DNA of 62,943 bases, counting the filler, from Octopus bimaculoides (taxonomy: Eukaryota), in NCBI RefSeq assembly GCF_001194135.2. It is 4 parts of 4 records of this genome, joined end to end, with 100 filler letters (N's around TTAATTAATTAA, not from the genome) between each part and the next. Parts side by side here need not be neighbours in the genome. Positions count along the whole stretch, not along the records: positions 48,198 to 62,943 come from NC_068986.1; 3 more parts are not named here. One strand, 5' to 3'. A program made the translations under genes and the position numbers. This document shows, in pieces, positions 52,571 to 62,943 of this stretch. Within the stretch, counting starts at the first letter, position 1. Each line of letters begins with the position of its first letter. The notes under the pieces were generated by a model. That model was not told where the DNA came from. It was given only the letters and a program-made list of their open reading frames with translations, and made no database searches.

Positions 52571-54149
52571 CAACATAACATACAGTTGCTCTAACCAAAC
52601 CACAGCGTCGGGACGAGTGAGATTTGCGAGTAAAAGCTGAGTGAACAGAAACTGTGCAGGAACCTAACAGATGTTTTTTTCTTTGGCGAGTTCAGTATAC
52701 AAAAAATTTGCAACCAAGTTTAACACCAGCAACTGGCGCTTGAGTTTTAGTGGAGTTCACATTTTTGTAACCATTAGCACCAGCTTCTAATCTGAATGTA
52801 ACGTTTTAGAGTCCCTGTCACATAGATTATATTTCACTCTCGATACAGTCAACTGCTGAAAGGTAGGATAATCGAAACGACTATATTACTAGGAATTGTT
52901 TCAACTCTATATAACCAGTAATTATAGTTATAGTATATTAGTAGTTGTCCAGCCGATATTACTAGTAGCCTGTATTACCAGTATTGGAGATATTTTAGCT
53001 TTGTGTTGGTAATAGTTGTTTTAACCACATGATAATAGTATTTTATATCCTCTCAAGAGGTAAAAAGGTGAACGATACTCGCAATGTATTAAATTCGGTG
53101 AATCCCAACTAGAGGGCATCTCCATTTTCGATAGGCCTGCTAGAAATAACTCAAAAATATCCCTCAAATCACACTTTATCCTCATAAAAAGAGGAAAACC
53201 ACATTAGATAATATATCACAGTAAAAATGTTTATGTATCAAGTCAGGATAATCTGCAACGTCTTTGATGCTAAATGTTCTTCATTAGTGTTGTCCTGAAG
53301 TTATTCGACAATAATAACAACTACTTTAGTAACCTGCCATGGAAAACTTACTCTATTTCTCACATTCTTTTGCTCTTTCTTTAGGTTTCTCTCATCTGTC
53401 TTTCTCTCATAGTTTCTTCCTCATTTTTATCTCCCTGCTCTTGTTTTTTTTTCCTTTCCCTCTTTCTCTCTCTCTCCCTCCTCTCTCTCTTCTCTTGATA
53501 TGTGTGTGTGTATGGGTGTGTATGTTTTATACGTCTATGTGTATAAGTGTGTGTGCAAATGTGTGTGCATGCGTTGTGTGCCCTGATGCAATGCCAGGCA
53601 GTGGCTCACATGGCTTCTGATCTTAACTGATTGGAAGTGCTAATATGTACGTTGTTTTGTTTTGCTTTGGTGTGAAAATGGACCACAGCAAACATTCTGA
53701 TTTGTTGGTCAGTTTCTTGACCTTAACCATTCGAGCATGCCCTTTAATGACTGACGATATGTCCATCTCTGATCACGAGCGGGAGTAGTGGGGGAGCATC
53801 ATAGCTATGTGTTGAGCGGGATTCTTTGGGATTTGAATAATTCATCCAAGGAAACAGCTATTTTCGTCATCATCCTTAAACAACCCTTATTCAGGGACCT
53901 TTTGAGTAGAGTGGGCTACTCGAGCTAAAGTAAATTCTAACTGGACTCGACCAGCAAGGTAACGTGCTGCTTATCTTGATATAAGGTCACCGTGTCGCAC
54001 ACATATGGTTGTGATGCAATTTCCTGGTGTACTCCTCATCAGATAGGTTGTCATGATGGATATATTGGACTTCGTATATTTGTGGAAATCCAACAGATCA
54101 TGATCACTCTGATCACTATGGCAAGCACCTTCTCTCTGTTGTCTTCCTT

Positions 54150-57100
54150 CAACCTACAGGGCCATCCTCAGATTTTGACCTTTCACTTGGACCATGCACG
54201 CTATTCTTATCGTACTTTTTACAAATTTGCCAGGTGGTAGCACTCCCCACTTTACTCTTACTTTCCTTTTCAAGCGAAACTTGAAAACGTTGATGAGGGC
54301 TTAGCCAAAGAAGAAGGTATCTGTCTTCAGCCCTTTCAATCTGATTCACCACACAGACTTTTTCGTCTTGGTCTTAGCTTGACCCAGGACTGACTAACAT
54401 TCCGTCTTTCCCAGTCAAAGGAAGGCAGTGAAACGAGCATCATTACGGACTCGGTCGATAGTCGGTTCCACCGCCTGTAATACCCGATTCACAGAGGGCT
54501 GTGTGAGTTTCAACACACTAAGATGCCAAACGTCTTGTCTTGGTCTTAGCTTGACCCAGGACTGCAGTTCTGTCAAAGAGACGAGCTGTAGAAAAGTAAT
54601 TCCGACAGATAGTGACCACATTTGCTCACCGTCAAAGAATTGTTGGAGACATCGCAGCCTTAGTGCATGTCTTCGCATAACCACTGCCTGCACAGTCTTC
54701 CATTTAGCTCCAGTTCGGTCAGAGTGAACTGAGGCAAGGCACGATAGTCACCTAGTAATATATAATGAAGGTAATGTAAGTACTCGCCAACTCTGCCTGA
54801 CTTTTCAGGTATAGCTTTCTCTCGACTCATTTCTGGATGAAGTTGCCTACTCTTTGGATGAAGTTGCCTACTCTTTGGATGAAGTTGCCTACTCTTTGGA
54901 TGAAGTTGCCTACTCTTCCCATCAGTTCGTCTCATTTCTCCATTTGGAGAACTGGATCAAATCAGACCCCACAAGCAATTTAAGCGGTCTGTCCGTCCAG
55001 TGCCCTACGATGCTGTTGGACGGTATGGACCGATCTTTCTAGTTGCTAAGTTGCAAACCCACTCACTGATGTGCTTCTCAGTGTCTCTAGTTTCCGCAGT
55101 AATGGCTTAGGAACCAGTAAAAACAGAAGAAACGAGAGAACAACTTTGAAAAACTGAGTGTATGATGTTGAATAGTTCCAATAAGTGACCATTAACCTTG
55201 ACAAATATCGCTGTACATTGCGGTGATACAACCGCATAAGGCAGATCCAAAATTGGTTGTGGTGTGGGGAAATCTGCATTCAACAGGTTTATGAACCGAA
55301 AATGATCGATGCGATCCCTCTGTTCGAGTCCTTTCTCAGGAGCACTGCTACCCCACGATTCACAAACCAGAGGTATCTCTCATTTTACTGCCAGTTGCGG
55401 CAAGTGTCTGCTAAGTGATCACCAAACAAGTCTAGCATATGAAAGTAATGTTCGTAGGGCATAGTATCCAAACCAAACAAATTTTCCGCCATGTAATAAA
55501 CCATTGATTCCCGTAGTTTTGCAAACATTCCGCGAGTCTTACCAAGCAGTGCTGCTGGCCTACAAACTCAATGCATTGGGAGTGGTGCGTACAGCTTTCA
55601 ATAACCGGGTCCCAACATAAGAAGCCTGTCTAGGCTGGCCGTACAGATCACACAGATTTGTGATCTGCGTAGCCAACGATTTCTAAATGTGGACATCCTA
55701 TTCTCTCTTTCAAACCGTTGACAGAATACTCTTTGTAGATACGATCATGATGACCGTGTGCAATTTGTCCATATCCGCATTGGCACATTCAGGAAACTCA
55801 GTCGACACCAGTTAGACAGTTTTGAAACGTCTGAGCAGAATTGTCTGTGAGGTTTCTCACTCCCTTCTTCTATCGGCTTAGTCTACACGGTTCATCCAAT
55901 ACACTGTGCATCCAAGATACCGCTGCAATCATCCACTAGCACTAAAGATAAAGGCGTTTCCAGGAAACACTCCAAACGCCTAAAGAAATCTGGTCGCCTA
56001 ATCTTTGTTGGGTTATAGACAGCTGCGAGTATAAAGGTATGACCTTCCTTGCTGACGACACCCCGTACCATCAGCTGACCTTCCGAAACAACACTGCAAC
56101 TCAGCCCCCTATTCCCTCTCGACTTGGAGATAAGTATATCTTATCTCAACTGAAAATGGGCACGGATCGGAAATTTTAGCCTCACTGATAGCCGCCAAAT
56201 TTATGTCTAATGACTTGAGGTTGTTAAGCAGGTGATCCCAGCCGTGTACGTTTACGTTGGCTATTCTGAGAAAGAAGGAGGAGAATGAGACTTACTTTAT
56301 TTCCGAAGCATGGTCAGGTGTTCTATCGCTCCGGTTAGCTGTAGGTGTTTCCATATGTTTATGAAGTCTTTTATTGACGTGTCTCTGAAGTCTCCTACTC
56401 CAACGGGATATTTGTTTTAAATGGTGTTGAGTATATTTTGAGTTGTTTAAATGATTTTTATGTGTGTTGGTATGATATTTGAGTAATGTCTATGTGTTGA
56501 TGTATGTGTTTCATTCATTTTTTGTTGTTTGTCTGAAATTCATGCTTCTTTGCTACTTTTTTTTTTTTTTAGTCTGGGTGCGGAATGGAATTTGCTGGTG
56601 TTTGGGATGTTGGTTGTCTGTAGTGTGGGTGATTATGATGGTGGTGATGTTAATGGTGATAACAGTGTTGATAGTAGCGTTGTTGTTGTTGGAGATGGTG
56701 TTGTGTCGTTGTTGGGAGGTATTTCTTCCAACAGTTTGAACGTCCCAGTTTTTTTCTGTTTTTGTATTTTGGCGTGATATGTTTTCTCCTTATTTTCTCT
56801 TTTTCCTTTTTGTCTTGTTTGTTACTTTTTGAATTCTGCTTTATTCCCCGTTACCTTAGTTACACAACATGTCAGTGTGGTACCAAGCGGAGAAGGGCAT
56901 GTCAAGAGGGTCATTGTCTTTTTCCTCTACTGTTGTTGTTTGGGGGCTCTCAGTTACAGTCGTTGGTTATGTGGCGGCTCTTAAGGGCGTTGATTCTCCT
57001 GTTGTATTTGTTGCTGTTGCTTTTTCTGCTGATGCTGCTTCTGTCTTTTTTGCTGTTACTGTTGATGCTGCTGTTGCTGCTGTTTCGCCTGATCTATTTT

Positions 57101-57620
57101 CCGACTTTTTATTCCAATCGTTTTGTTGCCAAAGTCTTCAGGGTCAGCAAACATTCCAAAACAACCCTGAAGAGTGACAAACTGGACGTTGTACTAATCT
57201 ACCTTGGCTTCGTGGCATGTAAGAACAAAAGTAGTGGACGTGACCCCCCAGAAGTAAACAACTGCTGGTTGGCGACGAATGTTCTCTTCGACATAGAGTA
57301 TTGCGCTGGAGTTGCTGTCATTCTTGTTGTTGAATGCACTCGCTGCCGTTGGTGCTGCTCCTGTTTTTGCTGGCGGTGGTGTTGCTGTTGTGATGATGGT
57401 GAAGTGGGGGGCATCTCTTTACGCTACAGACAGAAAGCCACGTGATGGTTTTTCTCACCACACAAGTGACATCTCGGCTTCCTGTCGGCGAACCGCGAAT
57501 ACTATATTTACAAGTCGTAGTGATTTTGTTTTGTAGCTGTGTTAGTGTTAACGGCGTACGTGGAATTTTCAGGTTTGTTCAAACGACAATTTACTTTGTT
57601 TTTCTGCTTTCATTCTCAAT
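54150..57620 (-). mobile_element. Decayed Tx1/L1-like LINE: ORF1-like region, APE endonuclease and C-terminus, with most of the RT core not seen
   Basis: ~55.9-56.1 kb: EGQLMV..FILAAVYNPT..DFFRRLECFL..LVLVDD. 54.4-54.7 kb: ALRLRCLQQFFDGEQMWS. 54.15-54.35 kb: IRLKGLKTDTFFFG*ALINVFKFRLKRKVRV. Low-complexity ORF1-like region at 56.4-57.6 kb. Confidence 0.72.
54834..54917 (+). repeat. 21-bp minisatellite x4 (tggatgaagttgcctactctt)
   Basis: Four exact copies. Confidence 0.95.
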
Positions 57621-58310
57621 CTAGTGTTGTTGTTGATGTTGCTTGTGATTTTGTTGATATTGTTACTGTTCTTTTCATTATTCTTATTTTCATTTTCCTT
57701 ATTATAGTTGTTGCTGTTATTGTTATTGTTGTTGTTGTTTATTGCTTTTGCTTCAGTTGGCACTGGTAGTGGCAGAGGTCGTAGATGTGGTGGTGCTATG
57801 TTGGAACGTAGCATCAAAACAGTTTTTTCAGTCTCTAATTTCACTTTCCAGTGGTCTTCGACACCCTGCATTTTCAGAATGTTTGNNNNNNNNNNNNNNN
57901 NNNNNNNNNNNNNNNNNNNNNNNNNNNNNNNNNNNNNNNNNNNNNNNNNNNNNNNNNNNNNNNNNNNNNNNNNNNNNNNNNNNNNNNNNNNNNNNNNNNN
58001 NNNNNNNNNNNNNNNNNNNNNNNNNNNNNNNNNNNNNNNNNNNNNNNNNNNNNNNNNNNNNNNNNNNNNNNNNNNNNNNNNNNNNNNNNNNNNNNNNNNN
58101 NNNNNNNNNNNNNNNNNNNNNNNNNNNNNNNNNNNNNNNNNNNNNNNNNNNNNNNNNNNNNNNNNNNNNNNNNNNNNNNNNNNNNNNNNNNNNNNNNNNN
58201 NNNNNNNNNNNNNNNNNNNNNNNNNNNNNNNNNNNNNNNNNNNNNNNNNNNNNNNNNNNNNNNNNNNNNNNNNNNNNNNNNNNNNNNNNNNNNNNNNNNN
58301 NNNNNNNNNN

Positions 58311-58454
58311 ATTCAGGTCACTGCCTGGAATCGAACTCGGAATCTTGGGGTTAGTAGCCTGCGCTCTTAACCACTTCGCTATATGGCGTAGTGGTTAAGA
58401 GCGCGGGCTACTAACCCCAAGATTCCGAGTTCAATTCCAGGCAGTGACCTGAAT
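58311..58454. mobile_element. Head-to-head palindrome of two tRNA-like (Pol III) heads, same family as the 8.6-9.4 kb element
   Basis: 70-bp arms with 4 mismatches and an ATAT spacer. A-box TGGCGTAGTGG and B-box GTTCAATTC/GTTCGATTC in each arm. Confidence 0.8.
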
Positions 58455-58529
58455 AATAATGATAATAATAATGATAATAATAATAATAATAATAATAGCA
58501 ACAACAACAATAACAACAACAACAATACT

Positions 58530-59345
58530 AATGATTTCTTTTATTTGCCACCAGAGCAAAGTATAAGAGGGACAATACAAAGACGGACATAAAGTGTGGG
58601 GGTTTACATATAATGGAATGATAAAATAAAAAGTATACACGGTATACATTAGAAGAAGGGAAGTATACATAGTATACCACACTAGAAAAAGAGGGGGGAA
58701 AGGATCGTGATGGGAGATTCCCCCTGATTCAGGAGGACCTTTAGAGATAATCAAGGAACCCAACTATCCAAGATTACTCTGAGTACCAAGGACGGGAGCC
58801 CACTCCAACTTCTTTCTTCAGACTCACAGGTCTACACTGAGAGTGGTACCATCCACTCTTGCCACTTTTGTAACTTTCACCCACCTTTTCATAAATTCAC
58901 TCGAGGACAGCACCTCCCTCTCCACCCTCTCTTTCCTGTTCAACTGAAAGTTGAAAAAGTCGATGAGGGCTTTACCAAACAGGAAAGTTTCTGTCCTCAT
59001 TCCTTTCAGTTTTGTCCACCAGATAACCTCTTTCGCCACAGCCACCAGCAGCTGTTCGATATAACTTTTCAAGTCAGCAATGCCCGGACACTGAACAAGT
59101 GCATGCAGAACGGTTTCGTTGCTCTGCGAGCCCCTCGGACAAGCCCGTCTGATAGCACATCCGTACCTGTAGAGTTTATCTCAAACTGGTAGCTCCCCCA
59201 CCCCACTCCACCCGGTAGCACTGCCAAGCCAAAGACATCTGGAAATTATCCATAACAGTCCCCGACCGGAAAGTCCTCTGGAATAGACTTGCCAGTTCAT
59301 CTTCGTCGACGCCTAGGGTCTCCCCGAGGACGTCGTCGCACTTCC
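58530..59345 (-). mobile_element. 5'-truncated Tx1/L1-like LINE 3' end with zf-RVT-like motif
   Basis: DDVLGETLGVDEDEL..LAWQCYR..RDKLYRYG..CPRGSQSNETVLHALVQC..VIWWTKLKG..FFNFQL; microsatellites on both sides. Confidence 0.85.
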
Positions 59346-59373
59346 CTGCTACTACTACTACTACAACTACTGC

Positions 59374-59458
<85 letters not shown>

Positions 59459-61207
59459 TAAATAAATAAATAAAAAAATTCCACAGTGCCTGTTTCAAAA
59501 CTCTGACCTATAGCATACGGTTGAATAAATAACTCTTTGTATAATTACCACTTATTAATTGTGCAGAATTCGTTTTTTTTTTGTTTTTTTTTTGGTAGGC
59601 GTGACTTTTCATACACAAAATTCAACTGATATTCTTTAAAATCATAAGCATTTCTTTTGTTTAATTCTTATATTTTTCTTTTATACATATATTTAATTTT
59701 ACTTTATTTTATATTTTTATATTTATTTTTTTCCTTAATTTTTATCTCATTATTGAGAAGAATTTCAGAAATTCTTTTTTGCGCTGATATGAGAAATTTC
59801 GAAACATTTTCGAGAACATACACTTGTCTGTTCTTTCAGTTCTTCTGAGCGTCTCGTTTCCAGCTGGTTTTCAGCGGTTACCATAGACACTTTAATGTGT
59901 TGTTGTGTAAACAGTAAATAATGATTTTTAACATCTCTAACGTCTAATGATTTCTAAGATGTTAACAGTAAATAAAAGAGATCTAAATTAGGCACAAGGT
60001 CAGAAATTTTGGCGGAAAGAGTAGTTTAATCTATTTTGATTTATTTTATTCTTCTTTATACCCGCTCCGTGCTCTACTACATGCCGAACCATCTCTTTAC
60101 GATTCTTGTAGCATATCAGTTTTTGTAGTGTTTTATTTTTTTTTATTTCTATGATAGGGTGTTACTGTCCTCTCAAGCTTTCTCCATTTCTTGAGGTAGG
60201 GAGGCTATGAACGCACCACGCCATGATACTCTTCACGTTGAAACGAAGCCGATTCTGAGAAAGAACAGAAAGAGGAGGGCAAATAATCGACAGCAATATT
60301 TGACTGGTACTTTATTAATTGATTTCGGAAACATAAAAGACGAACTTGCTCTCGATACGATTTAAATACAGAGTGCGGAAAGCTGGATAAATTCTACTAG
60401 GTGTTTAATCTGACACTCCAACAACTCTGCCAGTTTACAGTCTGTGTGGCAATAGAAGCAGCCATTAATAGTTACACAACATTAAAAGCAACGCATTAGT
60501 AGAAACAGACATTAATAATAACACATTAATAGCAACATAGATTAATAGTAATCGATAACATATGTAGTCTCTTGTTTATACAATAAAAACATATATACGT
60601 CTTTTGAAAGAGAAGGACAATGTCCTAAATCTATGGATAACATGCTCAGCAAAGGCAAGGTGTCCATGACCAGAAGCCAATCAAATGTTACAACCAGCTA
60701 CGTTGGTAGCGAAGTTTGAACTGAAGCCGTCTAACAACAACATTTTCTAAACAACATGGAAGTATCTTCACAGTAACTCAGCCTATTAAAAATAGCAACC
60801 AGATCTCTCCGTCAAATCACTCGTTCGGTTTAATACTATCGCTTGCCCCTCGAGTACTTTTTCAGTCTACTTTATTTCAACCACGAAACCTCCGGTCAAA
60901 TGATAACTTTCTTTCTTTCTCATTGAAATATAGAGTTCTTCTGATGGAGTTAGCGTAGATTTGTACAATGATGACACCCACCAAAATAAACCATTGCGAC
61001 ATTCAATAAGGATTGAATGGGAATTAAGCTCGACGCAAATTATTCAAAAATAGACTTCCAGGATGTTAAATTAAACACGAAAGTGCATGAGCCTTCAAAG
61101 AACCCTAACAGTAACTAATTATATATCTGCACTCAGTCCAACTATGCATAGAACGTCATCAGTAGATAGCAATAAGCATCATCAAAAGGATAAGTGCGAG
61201 TACTCAC

Positions 61208-61255
61208 ATGTAGACACCAAGAATAAAGTCCCCACCAACACCACTAGTAACTTCC
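61208..61255 (-). CDS. Candidate 5' coding exon: (G)KLLVVLVGTLFLVST (signal-peptide-like), or in another frame EVTSGVGGDFILGVY
   Basis: Acceptor tttctttacttagtgttcctag, donor AT|gtgagt, 48 nt. Two frames are open, and both are phase-compatible with the 61850-61878 exon. Confidence 0.48.
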
Positions 61256-61849
61256 CTAGGAACACTAAGTAAAGAAATTCTATATAGTATAACACTTAGT
61301 GGTTAGGGTGTTGGACTCGTGTTCATAAGATTGTGATTTCTATTCCACGATCAGGTGACGAGTTGTGTTCTTGAACAAAACATTTAATTTCACATTATTT
61401 CAGTCCACTTAGCCGGCAAAAATGAGTAATCCTGCGACGGACAGGCGTCTCGTCCAGGGAGGAATATATGCGCCATGGAAACCAGGAAATCGGCCTTATG
61501 AGTCTATATGACTCGGGAAGGTTTTATATTACACACCATACAACATTGATGTAAAATACAGTATCGCAAACAATTTCCTCTCTCTAATCGGAATTAACAG
61601 TCAAAACTTCAACAAGCTGTTCAAGAAAAAACAACAGTAAGATGAGTAACTGCACGAAAAATACGTCCAATTCCCTCAAGAGTCATAAGAGAAGGGAACC
61701 GACATGCATTGAACTTTTCCCATTTAACTGAAACAAACCTCTAGAGAAAAGCATTATATATCGGGTTAAAGTTTCTGCCACCTACATATAAAATCGCTAC
61801 ATCTGAGCCTTGAGTACTATAGCACAATAGCTCGGTTTATAATCGATAC

Positions 61850-61878
61850 CTTGAAAACAGCACATCGTTTTCAAAGTT
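61850..61878 (-). CDS. Candidate start-codon exon (ATG at 61865: MCCFQ+G), or internal frame NFENDVLFS+R
   Basis: Acceptor ctcatctttgtcatttag, donor CAAG|gtatcg, 29 nt. Confidence 0.42.
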
Positions 61879-62092
61879 CTAAATGACAAAGATGAGATTA
61901 CCAGCACCGTGTTTTGTAAAGTACAGCTATTCCTTCAACTTCTACCTTACAGAAAAAGTAAACCAAGCACCAATTTCGACTTGCCGACCAGTCTCTGCAT
62001 GAGAGTGTCAAAGATGGTCTCCTAATGCATGAGAGACTAAATTAACATATATAATCGTTTTATTTCCAACATTCACCTGGTTTGGCACTTAC

Positions 62093-62116
62093 CTGTGCTG
62101 TACCACAATGTAAAAA
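62093..62116 (-). other. Candidate upstream exon (5' UTR, or FLHCGTAQ)
   Basis: Perfect donor CAG|gtaagt at 62093/62092. The acceptor is weak, so the 5' boundary is uncertain. Confidence 0.28.
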
Positions 62117-62154
62117 CTATATGTTCCCGCGTGTATGTCTGACGTGTATATACA

Positions 62155-62205
<51 letters not shown>

Positions 62206-62341
62206 TTGTGTGTGTGTATGTGTGTTTCTGTGTATAAATACATATATTATACATACACACACTCACTCACACAAACATATGTAGACAGAATATTTGTGTA
62301 TACCTATGTACATATGTATGTGTGTGTATGTGCGTGTTTCT

Positions 62342-62495
<154 letters not shown>

Positions 62496-62674
62496 TGGGT
62501 AGATAGTTGAAGTAGTTACGAAAGCCATTACTATCTGAAATCGTAAAAGCTGCGATCGTCGTATACGTGGGCTGTGGGCCTATATGTATGATTGTATTAA
62601 ATATTTACGTCGATATGTACATGTATGGTGTGTGTAGCGGGGTGCATGTATGTGCGTCTGTTTACGTGTATGTA

Positions 62675-62943
62675 GAAACACTCTGCAACCACATCGAGAA
62701 CTTCCCTTACCACACCATGCATAAACAGACAGTTAACTCAAACTTTAACACTACACAATGGAAGGAACTAATAGAACTCCAAAATGATGAAGATATTACG
62801 ATTAAGGAAGCAGATAAAGGAAGTGCAGTTGTAATAATGGACACATTATACTATAGAAACCTAATAATCTCCATGCTGGATGACAACCAACACTATGAAA
62901 AAGTCACAAACTACACCCCACAAAAAATAATGAAAACCCTGTC
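62675..62943 (+). mobile_element. Penelope-like retroelement ORF (region N-terminal to the RT), truncated by the window end
   Basis: Uninterrupted frame ETLCNHIENFPYH...LQNDEDITIKEADKGSAVVIMDTLYYRNLIISMLDDNQHYEK. The xIKxADKGxAVVIM motif is typical of PLE ORFs. Confidence 0.8.

Noticed and set aside
54834-54917. 21-bp repeats as a CRISPR array or a KSRQLHP protein repeat
   Set aside because: No spacers, no cas genes and a eukaryotic context; the ORF has no splice or homology support. Simple minisatellite.
56762-57445. Longest gap-free ORF in the track (227 aa, plus strand)
   Set aside because: Leu/Cys-rich antisense reading of the low-complexity ORF1-like region of the minus-strand LINE.
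59840-59885. Hammerhead-like CTGAAAA...GAAAC on the minus strand
   Set aside because: The core lacks the required G8 (CUGANGA), and no stem III or NUH site can be formed.

Overview
AT-rich, microsatellite- and transposon-dense animal genomic DNA with many assembly gaps. The repeat families look to me like coleoid cephalopod (Octopus) repeats; this is recognition from memory, not a search result. Almost all ORFs in the supplied track are spurious translations of microsatellites, SINEs or decayed transposons. Reading splice signals by hand gives three phase-compatible minus-strand exons (28407-28530, 26125-26234, 24625-24771) of an uncharacterised protein, plus a candidate 5' exon set at 61.2-62.1 kb that may encode a signal peptide. 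Mobile DNA includes tRNA-derived SINEs, RTE tails, R4/Dong-type RLE fragments in (AAT)n tracts, Tx1/L1-like fragments, three Tc1/mariner relics, nested piggyBac-type MITEs, a DINE-1/Helentron-like element and a Penelope-like ORF running off the right edge. The most interesting structure is a ~770-bp foldback element at 8.6-9.4 kb: each arm joins a Pol III tRNA-like head to a minimal type I hammerhead ribozyme motif, and the same head recurs as a 144-bp palindrome at 58.3 kb. CpG content appears, by eye, to switch at three TTAATTAATTAA-marked scaffold joins, so long-range contiguity is uncertain. There is no evidence for CRISPR arrays or rRNA genes.
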